NCBI GenBank assembly: GCA_040397585.1
Contig: JBBAVS010000010.1
Coordinates: 1-60,824 of the forward strand
Length of the DNA: 60,824 bases
Reading direction: 5' to 3'
Origin: Pirellulales bacterium
GTDB taxonomy: Bacteria; Planctomycetota; Planctomycetia; Pirellulales; UBA1268
Under the pieces are notes generated by a model, which worked only from the letters and a program-made list of their open reading frames with translations, ran no database searches and was not told where the DNA came from. Shown here one piece after another: positions 36,901 through 45,290 of the stretch (the stretch's first letter is position 1; each line of letters starts with the position of its first letter). The position numbers and the translations under genes are program-made.

Positions 36901-38405
36901 AGCACCTGCACGCCCGGCGCCGCCGCCACCGCCAGCGAGGTGCCGGTCTTCACCAGTTCCATCCCGGCGGCCCCGTTGCCGAGGTTGCCCGCATACGTGA
37001 ACGTGCTGCCGGGTTGCGGGTTGAGCACGAGCGAGGTGATCGTGCCGTAGCCGACGGGGCTGAAGGCGCCGTTCCCCACGAGGCCGCCGAGCGTCACGGT
37101 CGTGCCGGACGCGAGCTGGAGCGTGCCCGAGCCGGTCGTGTCGAAGCCGCTGGTCGGCATCGCGGTCGCGTTGCCGAACACCAGCAGGCCGGCGGACACC
37201 TTCTCGGTGCCCGTGAAAGTGCTCGTGCCGGTGAAGGTGTGCGTGCCGCCCGAGATCACGAGGTTCACCTTCTTCGACGTGCTGCTGAAGTCGGCGATCG
37301 TGCCGCTGAACGCCGACGTGCCCGTGAGCGTGAGGATCGAGTCGCTCGTGGTCGACGTGTTGTAGATCCGGCCGCTGCCGGTGGTGCCGGTGCGAAGCAG
37401 GCCGAAGAGCGTCTGGTTGTTGCCCGCCAGGTCGAAGACGCTGTTGTTGTTGTTGAGGTTCTGGAAGTTGAACCTGGCACCGGTCGCGATGCCGTTGGTC
37501 GCGCCGACCCGGACCGTGCCCTCGCCCAGATCGACGGTGGAGTAGGAGCCGCTCCCCGCGAGGATGAAGGTTCCGAGCCGGAGGTTCAGGTTGACGGTCG
37601 AGTTGATCGGCCCGGTGAACAGCATCGCGCCGCTGCTCGCCGACGCCATCGAGATGTGCCCGCCTCCCGTGGCCGACGTCAGGATCGTAACGGTGCCCGA
37701 AACGGTGGCGGTGCCGGAGGACACGTTGTAGTGCAGGGCGCCGGCCCCCGAGAGGCCGTGCGTGCCGGTGATCGTCACGTTGTTGGCCAGCGTCATCGAC
37801 GTGCCGTTGAGCAACAGCCGGGGAATCTGGTTGCCCGCGGTGCCGTTGATGACGATCGGGCCCGAACTGGCCGCCGACCCGTTGTTGACGATCAGCGCGC
37901 CCGCGTTGATGGTGGTGGTGCCGCTGTAGGTGTTCGCGCCGGACAGGGTGAGGGACCCTGTGCCCTGCTTCGAGAATCCGGTTCCCGTGATGACCGAGCC
38001 GATCGTGCTGTTGCCCACAGACACGCTGACAACAGGCTGCGTGCTCGCGTTGGCCGCGAGCGTGAGCGTGCTGCTCGTCACCAGGCCGTTGGACGCGGAG
38101 AACGTGAGGCCGTTGGTGAACACCGTCTCCGCGAGCGTGGCCGTGCTGCTCAGCGTGTTGAAGATCGCGACGTTGGTGGAGCCCGACGTCGAGCCCCACG
38201 GCGTGCCGGAGGCCGCGGCCCAGTTCGCCGTGCCGGTGGACCACGACGCGTTGGCCGACGCCCCGCCGCTCCAGGTGAGGGGGGCCGCCGACGCCGAGTC
38301 GCCCTGGCTCAGGCAGGCGGCCAGCGCGGCGCATGCGAGCAGTGTGCGGAGGGGGCAGAGGCCCCGTGAACGGTCAGACGCAACCCTCGGGAGAGCGGGG
38401 GGCAT
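33870..38405 (-). CDS. Giant autotransporter-associated beta-strand repeat (PATR) protein with a PEP-CTERM anchor
   Basis: ATG at 38405 gives a signal peptide (…LLACAALAACLSQGDSASAAPLTW). About 1500 aa of G/T/S/A-rich repeats follow, with recurring LTLSGANTYSGTTTINAGAL-type units. The C-terminus is VPEPTTWALLGSSGVIAALLRRRGR (PEP-CTERM). Confidence 0.85.
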   Translation of the reverse strand: MPPALPRVASDRSRGLCPLRTLLACAALAACLSQGDSASAAPLTWSGGASANASWSTGTANWAAASGTPWGSTSGSTNVAIFNTLSSTATLAETVFTNGLTFSASNGLVTSSTLTLAANASTQPVVSVSVGNSTIGSVITGTGFSKQGTGSLTLSGANTYSGTTTINAGALIVNNGSAASSGPIVINGTAGNQIPRLLLNGTSMTLANNVTITGTHGLSGAGALHYNVSSGTATVSGTVTILTSATGGGHISMASASSGAMLFTGPINSTVNLNLRLGTFILAGSGSYSTVDLGEGTVRVGATNGIATGARFNFQNLNNNNSVFDLAGNNQTLFGLLRTGTTGSGRIYNTSTTSDSILTLTGTSAFSGTIADFSSTSKKVNLVISGGTHTFTGTSTFTGTEKVSAGLLVFGNATAMPTSGFDTTGSGTLQLASGTTVTLGGLVGNGAFSPVGYGTITSLVLNPQPGSTFTYAGNLGNGAAGMELVKTGTSLAVAAAPGVQVLSGTSLYTGATRINGGVLQFAAPSALYAGNTGSWTAANLITGSGGGLALNVGGAGEFTTSDVDTLAALGTGTSGFLPGSFIGIDTSNAGGSLTYGSALADPNGGANALGLIKLGSGTLTLTASNSYTGITSVAGGVLNFGGAGGIAPASGLSASGSGTLDLTGLPGTSLTASSLSVAAGGTLALGDKTLTFGNAGSSALAGGVISGTGGLVYTGTAPLAVSGSNTIPGTVTLAPGALMYLTNPYGLGDATVGTTLQDGSRIYLLASANSATIPEPFTVTGSATIQSGNSVAFNLGGPLAVSGTLNLSTDAGAAITVSGSMSGAGTVVKTGGANLTLSNTASANTFSGPFQQLGSGTVNVLAATGLGSGQASITGASAGPINFTNVTGTIPTSLSFAAGSVAGTTLNNVAATFTGNITGNGGTGGLTKSGTATTILAGTSTYSGTTTVSNGGGILRIDAASALSPSSTISLPKAGASTGSLQLNVAGTNTFANSFANFASANPPTIGGSPTIQNLQGVTTLSGTLNVGSTGGSGIIVQSDGGLLTLTGTISNTAGGSRPLFIGGSGNGVVAGPVLAVTGSSSGINKYGTGTWSLTGTASTFTLTPAVLDGVLDVANLTHSGVAGALGSGTAFTFSGQGTSGTLRYTGATTQATNRLIQVDSTGGTIDSSGAAPLTFTGTVRAIDTANFNLNFTSGSAVAVNTSNVAPGTAVGLTVTSTALPAGTTIVGISGNQYTLSNAAIATVSTNAVFSLALERTLRLGGSNTAANTLAGPIVNSGSGSLIGITKSGAGQWILGGSNAYGGTTLVEAGTLLINGNSGSVVAPFVVNGGVLGGSGTIGGAVTVNAAGTLAPGAGIATLTTGSAVSFSNGATLGFQYESNLLTADLLRMASTLSLSGTVPLSVADLGPDIPVSPGMIFSMINYGGPLAGSGLFSYGGTSLADGDTFVVGSNTWRIAYSSTTAGVNVTSPLPGGSFVNLISVPEPTTWALLGSSGVIAALLRRRGRGSLRRA

Positions 38406-38692
38406 GGCTCGTTGACTCCTGGTTTCTCGGGGCCGCGACGCCTGCAGATGCCGCACGATCCCCTCCTCAACTCCTCCATAGTTTCCGGCAACCGCCTTCC
38501 CCCCACAACGTCCCCGCGCGCCCGATTCGTCCCTGAATCAGCCCGTTTCGTCACATTTCTGGCCACAGCACGACCTCACCCTCCATCGCCGACCGTCCCG
38601 GCTCCGCCTGCGGCCCGCAGCGCGCGCCTGCAGCGAAATCCTCAAGCGCTGAATCGGGGCATGCCGATCCTGCCGGATGTGAGGGGAGGGGG

Positions 38693-39502
38693 ATGATGCA
38701 TCGATGGCTGCGCGTGGCGTTGATCGCCTGCGTTCGCGCGGTCGCGGCCGCGGTCTGCCTGGCGGGGAGCGGATCCGCCTTCGCACGCGAGGAGCTCGAG
38801 ACCGACCGCGACTCGTTCACCTTCGCCCCCACGACGGCCGGCCCTGGGCTCTCGATCCTCGAGTCGTCGTACTCGTTCATCGACAACCGCATCGGCCCCG
38901 AAGCCCACAGCGTGCCGGAAACGCTCCTGCGGCGCGGCGTCGGCGACCGCTTCGAGTTCCGCCTCGGCTTCAACTACGAGGCGGGCGGCCCGGGCACGGT
39001 GTCGGGTAGCGAGGTGGGCGGCCAGGACATCGAGACCGAGGACGAGAGCCGCGTGCTCTACGGCGCCAAGGTCGAGACCTCGGAGCAGGACGGCTGGCTG
39101 CCGCGTTCTGCGGCCATCGTCCAGGGCTATACGCCCACCTACGGCCCCTCGACGGCCTCGACCGTGCTGGTGGGGGAATCGTGGGGCTGGCGGTTCACCA
39201 ACGGCTGGGAATGGACGTCGGCGATGCGCTACGGCACCGGGTTCGACAAGGGAGACGCCTTCAACCAGTGGGCGCCTTCGACCGTGCTCAAGGTGCCTCT
39301 GAGCGACCGCTGGAACGTGCACGCCGAATACTTCGGCATCCTCTCGTCGGGAAAAGAGGAGCCGGTGGACGCCCAGTTCGCCAGCTTCGGCGGGCACGTG
39401 CTCCTGACCGAGGATTTCGAACTGGGGCTCCGTTTCGGCTGGGGCCTCACCGACCGCTCGCCCAACTTCTTCACGAACCTCGGCGTGGGCATCCGTTACT
39501 GA
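38693..39502 (+). CDS. Putative outer-membrane beta-barrel (MetA-pathway/phenol-degradation-like transporter family)
   Basis: Signal peptide, then LETDRDSFTFAPTTAGPG...LESSYSF and alternating-hydrophobic strands ending ...NLGVGIRY with an aromatic C-terminus. GGAGGG lies upstream of the ATG. Confidence 0.6.
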   Translation: MMHRWLRVALIACVRAVAAAVCLAGSGSAFAREELETDRDSFTFAPTTAGPGLSILESSYSFIDNRIGPEAHSVPETLLRRGVGDRFEFRLGFNYEAGGPGTVSGSEVGGQDIETEDESRVLYGAKVETSEQDGWLPRSAAIVQGYTPTYGPSTASTVLVGESWGWRFTNGWEWTSAMRYGTGFDKGDAFNQWAPSTVLKVPLSDRWNVHAEYFGILSSGKEEPVDAQFASFGGHVLLTEDFELGLRFGWGLTDRSPNFFTNLGVGIRY

Positions 39503-39639
39503 CCAGCCCGCCGGAGCGGTGAGTCGCCGTCCGGTTTTTGGCGGGAAGTGCATTGTGCTCCCGGCCCTGAGCGAGGATACCGATGCCCTCGCCACGCGGC
39601 CGTCGGTCGCCGGTCGCGAGCCGCCCCCGGAGCCCGCCG

Positions 39640-41208
39640 ATGATCATCCGTACGCTGACGTCCGCTGCCTCGATCCTCGCCCTGGCCGCCTGCGGCCTCG
39701 CCTTCGTGGCGGCAGTCCCGCGCGACGCCCATGCCCAGGCGGCGAAGAAGAGGCCCAACATCCTCGTGATCTGGGGCGACGACATCGGCCAGTTCAACGT
39801 CGGCGCCTACAACCTGGGCATGATGGGCTACAAGACGCCCAACATCGACCGCATCGCCCGCGGGGGCGCGCTGTTCACCGACTGGTACGGCCAGCAGAGT
39901 TGCACCGCGGGCCGCGCGGCCTTCATCACCGGCCAGTCGCCGATCCGCACCGGACTCACGAAGGTGGGCCTGCCCGGTGCCCCCGAGGGCATGAAGAAGG
40001 AAGACCCCACGATCGCCACGCTGCTGCGGGCGCAGGGCTACGTGACCGGGCAGTTCGGCAAGAACCACCTCGGCGACCGCGACGACATGCTGCCCACGAA
40101 CCACGGCTTCGACGAGTTCTTCGGCAACCTCTACCACCTCAACGCCGAGGAGGAGCCGGAGCATCCCGATTACCCCAAGAATCCGGAGTTCAAGAAGAAG
40201 TTCGGGCCGCGGGGCGTGATCCACTCGTTCGCCAACGGGTCGATCACCGACACCGGCCCGCTGACACGGAAGCGGATGGAGACGATCGACGAGGAGGTCA
40301 ACGCGAAGACGTTCGCCTTCATGGAGAAGGCAAAGGCCGACGACAAGCCGTTCTTCGTCTGGTGGAACTCGACCAAGATGCACATCTTCACGCACCTCAA
40401 AGACGGCGTGGCGGGCAAGACGGGCCTCGGCATCTACGCCGACGGCATGGTGGAGCACGACCGACAGGTGGGCGAGTTGCTCGCGAAGCTCGAGGAGCTC
40501 GGGCTCGACGAGAACACGATCGTGATGTACTCGACCGACAACGGCGCCGAGGCCTTCACCTGGCCCGACGGCGGCTCCACGATGTTTCGGGGCGAGAAGA
40601 ACACGCAGTGGGAGGGAGGCTACCGCGTGCCCTGCGCGATCCGCTGGCCGGGCGTGATCGAGCCGGGCACCGTGATCAACGAGATCGCCGCCCACGAGGA
40701 CATGCTCACCACGCTGTGCGCGGCGGCGGGCGACGCCACTGCGAAGGACGATCTCAAGAAGGGCCGGCGGATCGGCGACCGGTCCTACAAGGTGCACCTC
40801 GACGGCTACGACCTGGGCCCGGCGCTCCGCGGCCAGGCGGAGTGGCCGCGGAAGGATTTCATCTACTGGACCGACGACGGCAGCGTGGCCGCCCTGCGCT
40901 ACGAGAACTGGAAGGTGACCTTCCTCAAGCAGAACGCCCACGGCCTGCACGTCTGGCAGCAGCCCTTCGAGGAGCTGCGGGCTCCCACGCTCGTCAACCT
41001 CCGGATGGACCCGTTCGAGCTCGCCCAGGACATCGGCATGGACTACCAGCGGTGGTACTTGGAGCACATGTTCGCGATCGCCCCCGCGGCCGCCTACGTG
41101 GGCCAGTGGCTGCAGAGCTTCCGGGAGTTTCCCCCGCGGCAGAAGCCGGGCAGCTTCAACCTCGAACGTGTCATGGAAGCGGTCACGGCCGCAGCGACCG
41201 ATCACTGA
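39640..41208 (+). CDS. Arylsulfatase (formylglycine-dependent sulfatase family)
   Basis: ATG at 39640 gives a signal peptide. PNILVIWGDDIG..., the FGly motif SCTAGRAAFITGQ (C-x-A-x-R), GKNHLGD and YSTDNGAE follow. Confidence 0.9.
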   Translation: MIIRTLTSAASILALAACGLAFVAAVPRDAHAQAAKKRPNILVIWGDDIGQFNVGAYNLGMMGYKTPNIDRIARGGALFTDWYGQQSCTAGRAAFITGQSPIRTGLTKVGLPGAPEGMKKEDPTIATLLRAQGYVTGQFGKNHLGDRDDMLPTNHGFDEFFGNLYHLNAEEEPEHPDYPKNPEFKKKFGPRGVIHSFANGSITDTGPLTRKRMETIDEEVNAKTFAFMEKAKADDKPFFVWWNSTKMHIFTHLKDGVAGKTGLGIYADGMVEHDRQVGELLAKLEELGLDENTIVMYSTDNGAEAFTWPDGGSTMFRGEKNTQWEGGYRVPCAIRWPGVIEPGTVINEIAAHEDMLTTLCAAAGDATAKDDLKKGRRIGDRSYKVHLDGYDLGPALRGQAEWPRKDFIYWTDDGSVAALRYENWKVTFLKQNAHGLHVWQQPFEELRAPTLVNLRMDPFELAQDIGMDYQRWYLEHMFAIAPAAAYVGQWLQSFREFPPRQKPGSFNLERVMEAVTAAATDH

Positions 41209-42106
41209 CGCGGCCGAGCGTCTCCGACGGGGTCTCGCCGAACTGCCGGCGGTAGCGGGCAGCGAAGCGGCCAAACTCCCAGATGCCGTGCTGCACGAGC
41301 ACGTCGGCCACCGTCGTGTCGGGCGGCCCCTGGCGGAGCAGCCTGCGGCGGACGGCGTGCAGCCGCCGCAGGGCGAGGTAGGACCGCGGCGACGTGCCGA
41401 AGTTCTCCTCGAAGGCTCGGAGCAGCGTCCGGTCGGTCACACCCACGCGGCGCGTGAGCTCGCCCACCGAGGGCAGGATCTCGCCCGCCTCGTCGAGTGC
41501 CGTCATCGCGCGGCGGATGATCTCCGCCCGGTCGAGCCGGGGGCGGCCCACCGCGGATGCCGCCGGAGCGACATCCGGCCAGCAGGCGGTCGCCGCCGAC
41601 ACGAGCGCAGCGCCGGCCGCCTCGTGGGCTGGGCTGGCCGCGTCGAGCGGCATCACGCCCGCGACGATCTCTTCGACGAGCTGGCGGAGCCGGCGGACGC
41701 CGCCGCCAGGGCTCGTGACGCGGCCGCTGGCGGTCGCCGGGATGGTGTCGGGCAGGGCCATCTCCGCCGGCAGCGCGATCGAGCACCAGGCATGGGCCCG
41801 GCGCCGCACGCCGATGCGGAAATCGGCGCCGCGGGGGATCACGAACAGCGCGTCGTCGTCGAGCGGCACGCCGTTGGCAACATGCTCGTGCGGGTGGGTG
41901 AGCGGCAGGAAGAGCAAGGCGCCATCGTGCGCGTTGCCGCCATAGCAGGCGTTGCCGCCCCCCTCGGTCGCCACCTGGAGGACGACGGGGCCGAGTCTGG
42001 CGACGCCGAGCGTCCAGCGGCGGGTCTCGACGCCGTCGCAGACGAGCCGCAGGTGGGCTCCGCTGACGGCATCTCCCCAGGCGTCGAAATCGTCGAAGAC
42101 GAGCAT
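41183..42106 (-). CDS. AraC-family transcriptional regulator
   Basis: C-terminal double HTH: SVGELTRRVGVTDRTLLRAFEENFGTSPRSYLALRRLHAVRRRL and VADVLVQHGIWEFGRFAARYRRQFGETPSETL. ATG at 42106. The 3' end overlaps the sulfatase gene by 26 bp. Confidence 0.85.
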   Translation of the reverse strand: MLVFDDFDAWGDAVSGAHLRLVCDGVETRRWTLGVARLGPVVLQVATEGGGNACYGGNAHDGALLFLPLTHPHEHVANGVPLDDDALFVIPRGADFRIGVRRRAHAWCSIALPAEMALPDTIPATASGRVTSPGGGVRRLRQLVEEIVAGVMPLDAASPAHEAAGAALVSAATACWPDVAPAASAVGRPRLDRAEIIRRAMTALDEAGEILPSVGELTRRVGVTDRTLLRAFEENFGTSPRSYLALRRLHAVRRRLLRQGPPDTTVADVLVQHGIWEFGRFAARYRRQFGETPSETLGRVSDRSLRP

Positions 42107-42141
42107 GGGGCGAACCGTCACGGGACGGACGGGACGAGGAG

Positions 42142-42224
42142 TGCCGGAGGTGGGACTTGAACCCACACGCCCTTGCGGGCAACGGATTTTGAGTCCGCCG
42201 CGTCTGCCATTCCGCCACTCCGGC
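42142..42224 (-). tRNA. tRNA-Leu (anticodon CAA)
   Basis: The minus-strand sequence GCCGGAGTGGCGGAATGGCAGACGCGGCGGACTCAAAATCCGTTGCCCGCAAGGGCGTGTGGGTTCAAGTCCCACCTCCGGCA folds by hand into a cloverleaf. It has a 7-bp acceptor stem, the anticodon loop CT-CAA-AA, a long variable arm GCCC/GGGC and the T-arm GTGGG-TTCAAGT-CCCAC. CCA is not encoded. Confidence 0.95.
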
Positions 42225-42350
42225 TCGTGAGGACCGCCGACCCGGGAGAGCCTACGCCCCTCCGCGGCCCCATGCCAGCCACCGGCTGATTCCTGGCTAG
42301 AATGGTCGCATCGTTGTCATCCCGCTCCCCGCCCCGAGGACGCGTCTCCC

Positions 42351-43232
42351 GTGTCGATCCAAGACGCCTATGCCGGCAGCCGCTTCGGGCTGTCGTTCGA
42401 GCTCTTCCCTCCCAAGACGCCCGAGTCGGAGTCCGTCATGTGGCGGACCGTCGACGAACTGATGGCGTTCGACCCGGCGCTGATCACCTGCACCTACGGT
42501 GCGGGCGGCTCGACCCGCGGCACCACGCTCGACGTGCTCAAGGGCGTGATCGGCCGCCACAACCTGCCGGTGGCCAGCCACCTCACCTGCGTGGGCAGTT
42601 CCGTCGACGAGCTCCGCGACTACCTCCGCGAGGCGCTCGCGCTCGGCGTGACCGCGATCGTGGCCCTTCGCGGCGATCCGCCGAAGGGGGAGACGGCGTT
42701 CCAGCAGGCCGACGGCGGCCTCCGCTACGCGTCCGAACTGGTGGCGCTCATCCGCAGCGAGTTCCCCGAGTTCGGCATCCTGGTCGCCGGCTATCCCGAG
42801 ACGCACCAGGAGGCCGTGAGCCCCGCGGCCGACCTGGAGAACCTCCAGCGGAAATGCGCTGCCGGGGGCGACGTGGTGGTGACGCAGCTCTTCTACGACA
42901 ACGCCGACTTCTTCCGCTTCCGCGACCGCTGCGCCGCCCTCGGCATCAGCCAGCCGATCGTGCCCGGCGTGATGCCCGTGACCAACTTCGCGCAGATCCG
43001 CCGCATCGCCAGCCTCTGCAAGGCGCAGCTGCCCGACGCCTTCACGCGGGCCTTCGAGGCCGCCGGCGACGACGAGGCGGCGCAGTTCGAGGCGGGCGTG
43101 ACCTATGCCGCGCGGCAGGTCGAGGCGCTGGTGGCCGCCGGCGTGCCCGGAATCCACTTCTACGTGCTCAACAAGTCGCCGGCCACGATCCGCGTGCTCG
43201 ACCACGTGGGCCTGAAGCGGGCCGGAGCGTAA
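42351..43232 (+). CDS. metF: 5,10-methylenetetrahydrofolate reductase
   Basis: FELFPPKTPE, CTYGAGGSTR, ALRGDPP and FYDN...F are MetF family motifs. GTG start at 42351. Confidence 0.92.
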   Translation: MSIQDAYAGSRFGLSFELFPPKTPESESVMWRTVDELMAFDPALITCTYGAGGSTRGTTLDVLKGVIGRHNLPVASHLTCVGSSVDELRDYLREALALGVTAIVALRGDPPKGETAFQQADGGLRYASELVALIRSEFPEFGILVAGYPETHQEAVSPAADLENLQRKCAAGGDVVVTQLFYDNADFFRFRDRCAALGISQPIVPGVMPVTNFAQIRRIASLCKAQLPDAFTRAFEAAGDDEAAQFEAGVTYAARQVEALVAAGVPGIHFYVLNKSPATIRVLDHVGLKRAGA

Positions 43233-43263
43233 CGGCCTCCGGCGCTCGCGCGTCCCGGCTCGC

Positions 43264-43743
43264 TCACCGTGGCGGCTGGTCGTCGTCCATCGTGCGGATG
43301 TAGCTCCGCAGCCGCTCCAACTCGTCGGCGATGTGCCCGAGCTTGAGCATGTTCTCCACCCGCTTGACGAGCTCCACGCGATTGACGGGCTTGGAGAGGA
43401 AGTCGTCGGTCCCGGCCTCCACCGCCCGCTCGATGTCGCCGAGTTCGCCGAGCGCGGTCACCATCAGGATCATGATCCGGCTCGTCGCAGGATCCGACTT
43501 CAGCCGCTGGCAGACCTCGAAGCCCGAGAGCTTCGGCATCATCACGTCGAGGAGGATCACGTCGGGCTTGAACGACGCCACCTTCTCGAGCGTGTCGGCA
43601 CCGTCGACCGCCGCGGCCATCTCGCAGCCGATGCCCGCGAGGTAGACCTCGAGCAGTTCGCGATTGGGCTCGTTGTCGTCGGCGATCAGCACGCGGGGCG
43701 TGCGGGCCTGACGTTCGGCGGGTGCGGCCTTGCGGGTGGGCAT
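43264..43743 (-). CDS. Stand-alone response regulator (CheY-like receiver)
   Basis: ATG at 43743. RVLIADDNEPNRELL..., DVILLDVMMPKLSGFEV (phospho-acceptor Asp context), ILMVTA and DDFLSKP are present. There is no output domain. Confidence 0.9.
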   Translation of the reverse strand: MPTRKAAPAERQARTPRVLIADDNEPNRELLEVYLAGIGCEMAAAVDGADTLEKVASFKPDVILLDVMMPKLSGFEVCQRLKSDPATSRIMILMVTALGELGDIERAVEAGTDDFLSKPVNRVELVKRVENMLKLGHIADELERLRSYIRTMDDDQPPR

Positions 43744-43785
43744 GGGCGGCAGTCTCGCGAAGGGCGACCGGACCCGCAAGACCGG

Positions 43786-44325
43786 TCAGGGCGTCTCGAA
43801 CACCGACTGACTCTTCACGATCGCCAGGTCGTCGGGAAACGTGTGGAAGGCCTGGATGATCAGGGTCCGGGGCCTCGTCTCGACGTCGATCCAACTGACC
43901 GCCCCGAGGGCCACCCGGCCCCCCGACTCGAACCGATGGAGGAGTCCCCGCTTCATGCCCGCCTCGACGAGTTCCTGCTGGAACGACCAGAAGACTTCCG
44001 GCTGGACGGCCTCCAGCTGGAAGCAGGTCTCGTAGCTGGCCCCCCCACGGCACTCCATGCGGTCGCTCCGCTCGCCGGCGATCCGATGGGAGATGAGCCG
44101 CCGCTTCTGCGGCAGCGGCTGGGAGAGGCTCGTGGCGATCTCGGTAAGCGTCAGCCCGTCCTTCCGCCAGCTGACGAGATGGCCGGCCGTAGTGATCGCG
44201 ACCGTCGCGGTGTAGCCCCCGCGGTCGATCGACCGCGTCGAGCAGATCTCGAAGAGTTCGGGATGGAGGCCGCGGCCGTAGAGCTGAAACACCAGCTCAC
44301 CGACCTTCGGTCGCAGCGATATCAC
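43786..44325 (-). CDS. Conserved hypothetical protein (179 aa), co-oriented with the response regulator
   Basis: MISLRPKVGELVFQLYGRGLHPELFEI... has coding-like composition and lies 42 bp upstream of the receiver gene. It possibly belongs to a DUF family, but I cannot assign one with confidence. Confidence 0.55.
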   Translation of the reverse strand: MISLRPKVGELVFQLYGRGLHPELFEICSTRSIDRGGYTATVAITTAGHLVSWRKDGLTLTEIATSLSQPLPQKRRLISHRIAGERSDRMECRGGASYETCFQLEAVQPEVFWSFQQELVEAGMKRGLLHRFESGGRVALGAVSWIDVETRPRTLIIQAFHTFPDDLAIVKSQSVFETP

Positions 44326-44480
44326 GCTCGTCGCTCCTGCACGATGTTGATCGCCGACGCAGTCGGCGGGCCCGGCGTTGGTCGCCGGCCACGCGTCATC
44401 ACGCGGCTCGTGGTCGGATTATACGACCTCGACGCCGAGGCGACCACGTTCGTGCGCCCAAGCCGCGGAGCGGGCGGGAA

Positions 44481-45290
44481 CTACAGCAGTCCCACGAGGA
44501 TGTCGTAGACCGCGTGCGTGCCTGCCGCGATCCCGAAGCCGCGCACGAGGAACAGGATCGCGAAGAACATCCCCGCCAGAAACCGAAACGTGAAGCTGTA
44601 GATCGTGAAGGTGTCGCCAAGGGGGCCGACGTAGTGGGCCGCGCTGAACAGCAGGCTCGACGCCACGAGCCCGCAGCAGGCCGCCCAGCCCGCGGCAACC
44701 CCGAGCCTCTGGAACGCCCAGACGAGCAGCGGCAGGAGCAGGAGGCGAAACAGCACCTCCTCGTAGAGCCCCGCACCGCAGAAGGCCACGAGCCGGGCGA
44801 TGATGCCGTCGGCGGCAAGCGGCCAGGCGAGCGGCCAGAGGCGGTCCTGGAGCCGGGCGACCCCGATCAGCGCCGCGGCCCAGAGGACGCACTCCGCGGC
44901 CATCGCCACGAGCACGCCGGGGCGGAACTTCCAGGCGTCGTGCTCCACGTGGTGCCAGGCCAACAGCCCGATCACCGTGAGCGCCGGGAGGAGGAAATAC
45001 TGGCCGAAACCGGCCGCGTCGAGGATCTGACGCAGCCACACATCGGCCCCGTTTCGCGGCGATCCCCGCCCCAGCGCCAGCACGCCTCCCTCATACGCCA
45101 GCACGAGCGGCAGGGCAAACACGAGGCTCGTCAACGGTGTCCGCGACGCCTCCCAGTAGCTCGCGCCGGCCACCGCATCCGCGGGCGGCGTGGTGGCCTC
45201 GCCACCGGCGCTGGCGTCGAGGGATTCGAGCAGCTCGTCCAACCCACGATCCACATCGTCCTGCCCGTGCGAATCGTCGCCTGAAAACAC
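44481..45290 (-). CDS. CPBP-family intramembrane glutamic endopeptidase (CAAX protease-like)
   Basis: Motifs YEEVLFRLLLLP (EExxxR), FSAAHY (FxxxH) and THAVYD (HxxxD/N) sit in a polytopic protein. GTG start at 45290. Confidence 0.8.
   Translation of the reverse strand: MFSGDDSHGQDDVDRGLDELLESLDASAGGEATTPPADAVAGASYWEASRTPLTSLVFALPLVLAYEGGVLALGRGSPRNGADVWLRQILDAAGFGQYFLLPALTVIGLLAWHHVEHDAWKFRPGVLVAMAAECVLWAAALIGVARLQDRLWPLAWPLAADGIIARLVAFCGAGLYEEVLFRLLLLPLLVWAFQRLGVAAGWAACCGLVASSLLFSAAHYVGPLGDTFTIYSFTFRFLAGMFFAILFLVRGFGIAAGTHAVYDILVGLL

Noticed and set aside
34932-38369. 1145-aa plus-strand ORF and the 765-aa minus-strand ORF 36037-38334 inside the giant adhesin gene
   Set aside because: These are antisense or out-of-frame relative to the PATR/PEP-CTERM gene, whose frame shows the expected repeat units, signal peptide and sorting signal. 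The alternatives are Arg/Gly-rich nonsense.
42280-42302. tmRNA-like 5' string (GGCTGATTCCTGG) and a TAGAAT -10 box upstream of metF
   Set aside because: The resemblance to the tmRNA 5' end is only about 10 nt, with no tRNA-like acceptor/T-arm partner or tag ORF. TAGAAT lacks a convincing -35, so I did not call a promoter.
42107-42350. Integrated mobile element at tRNA-Leu
   Set aside because: There is no integrase or recombinase, no duplicated tRNA 3' segment (att-like direct repeat) seen in the neighbourhood, and the flanking genes (metF, AraC/sulfatase) have composition like the rest of the window.
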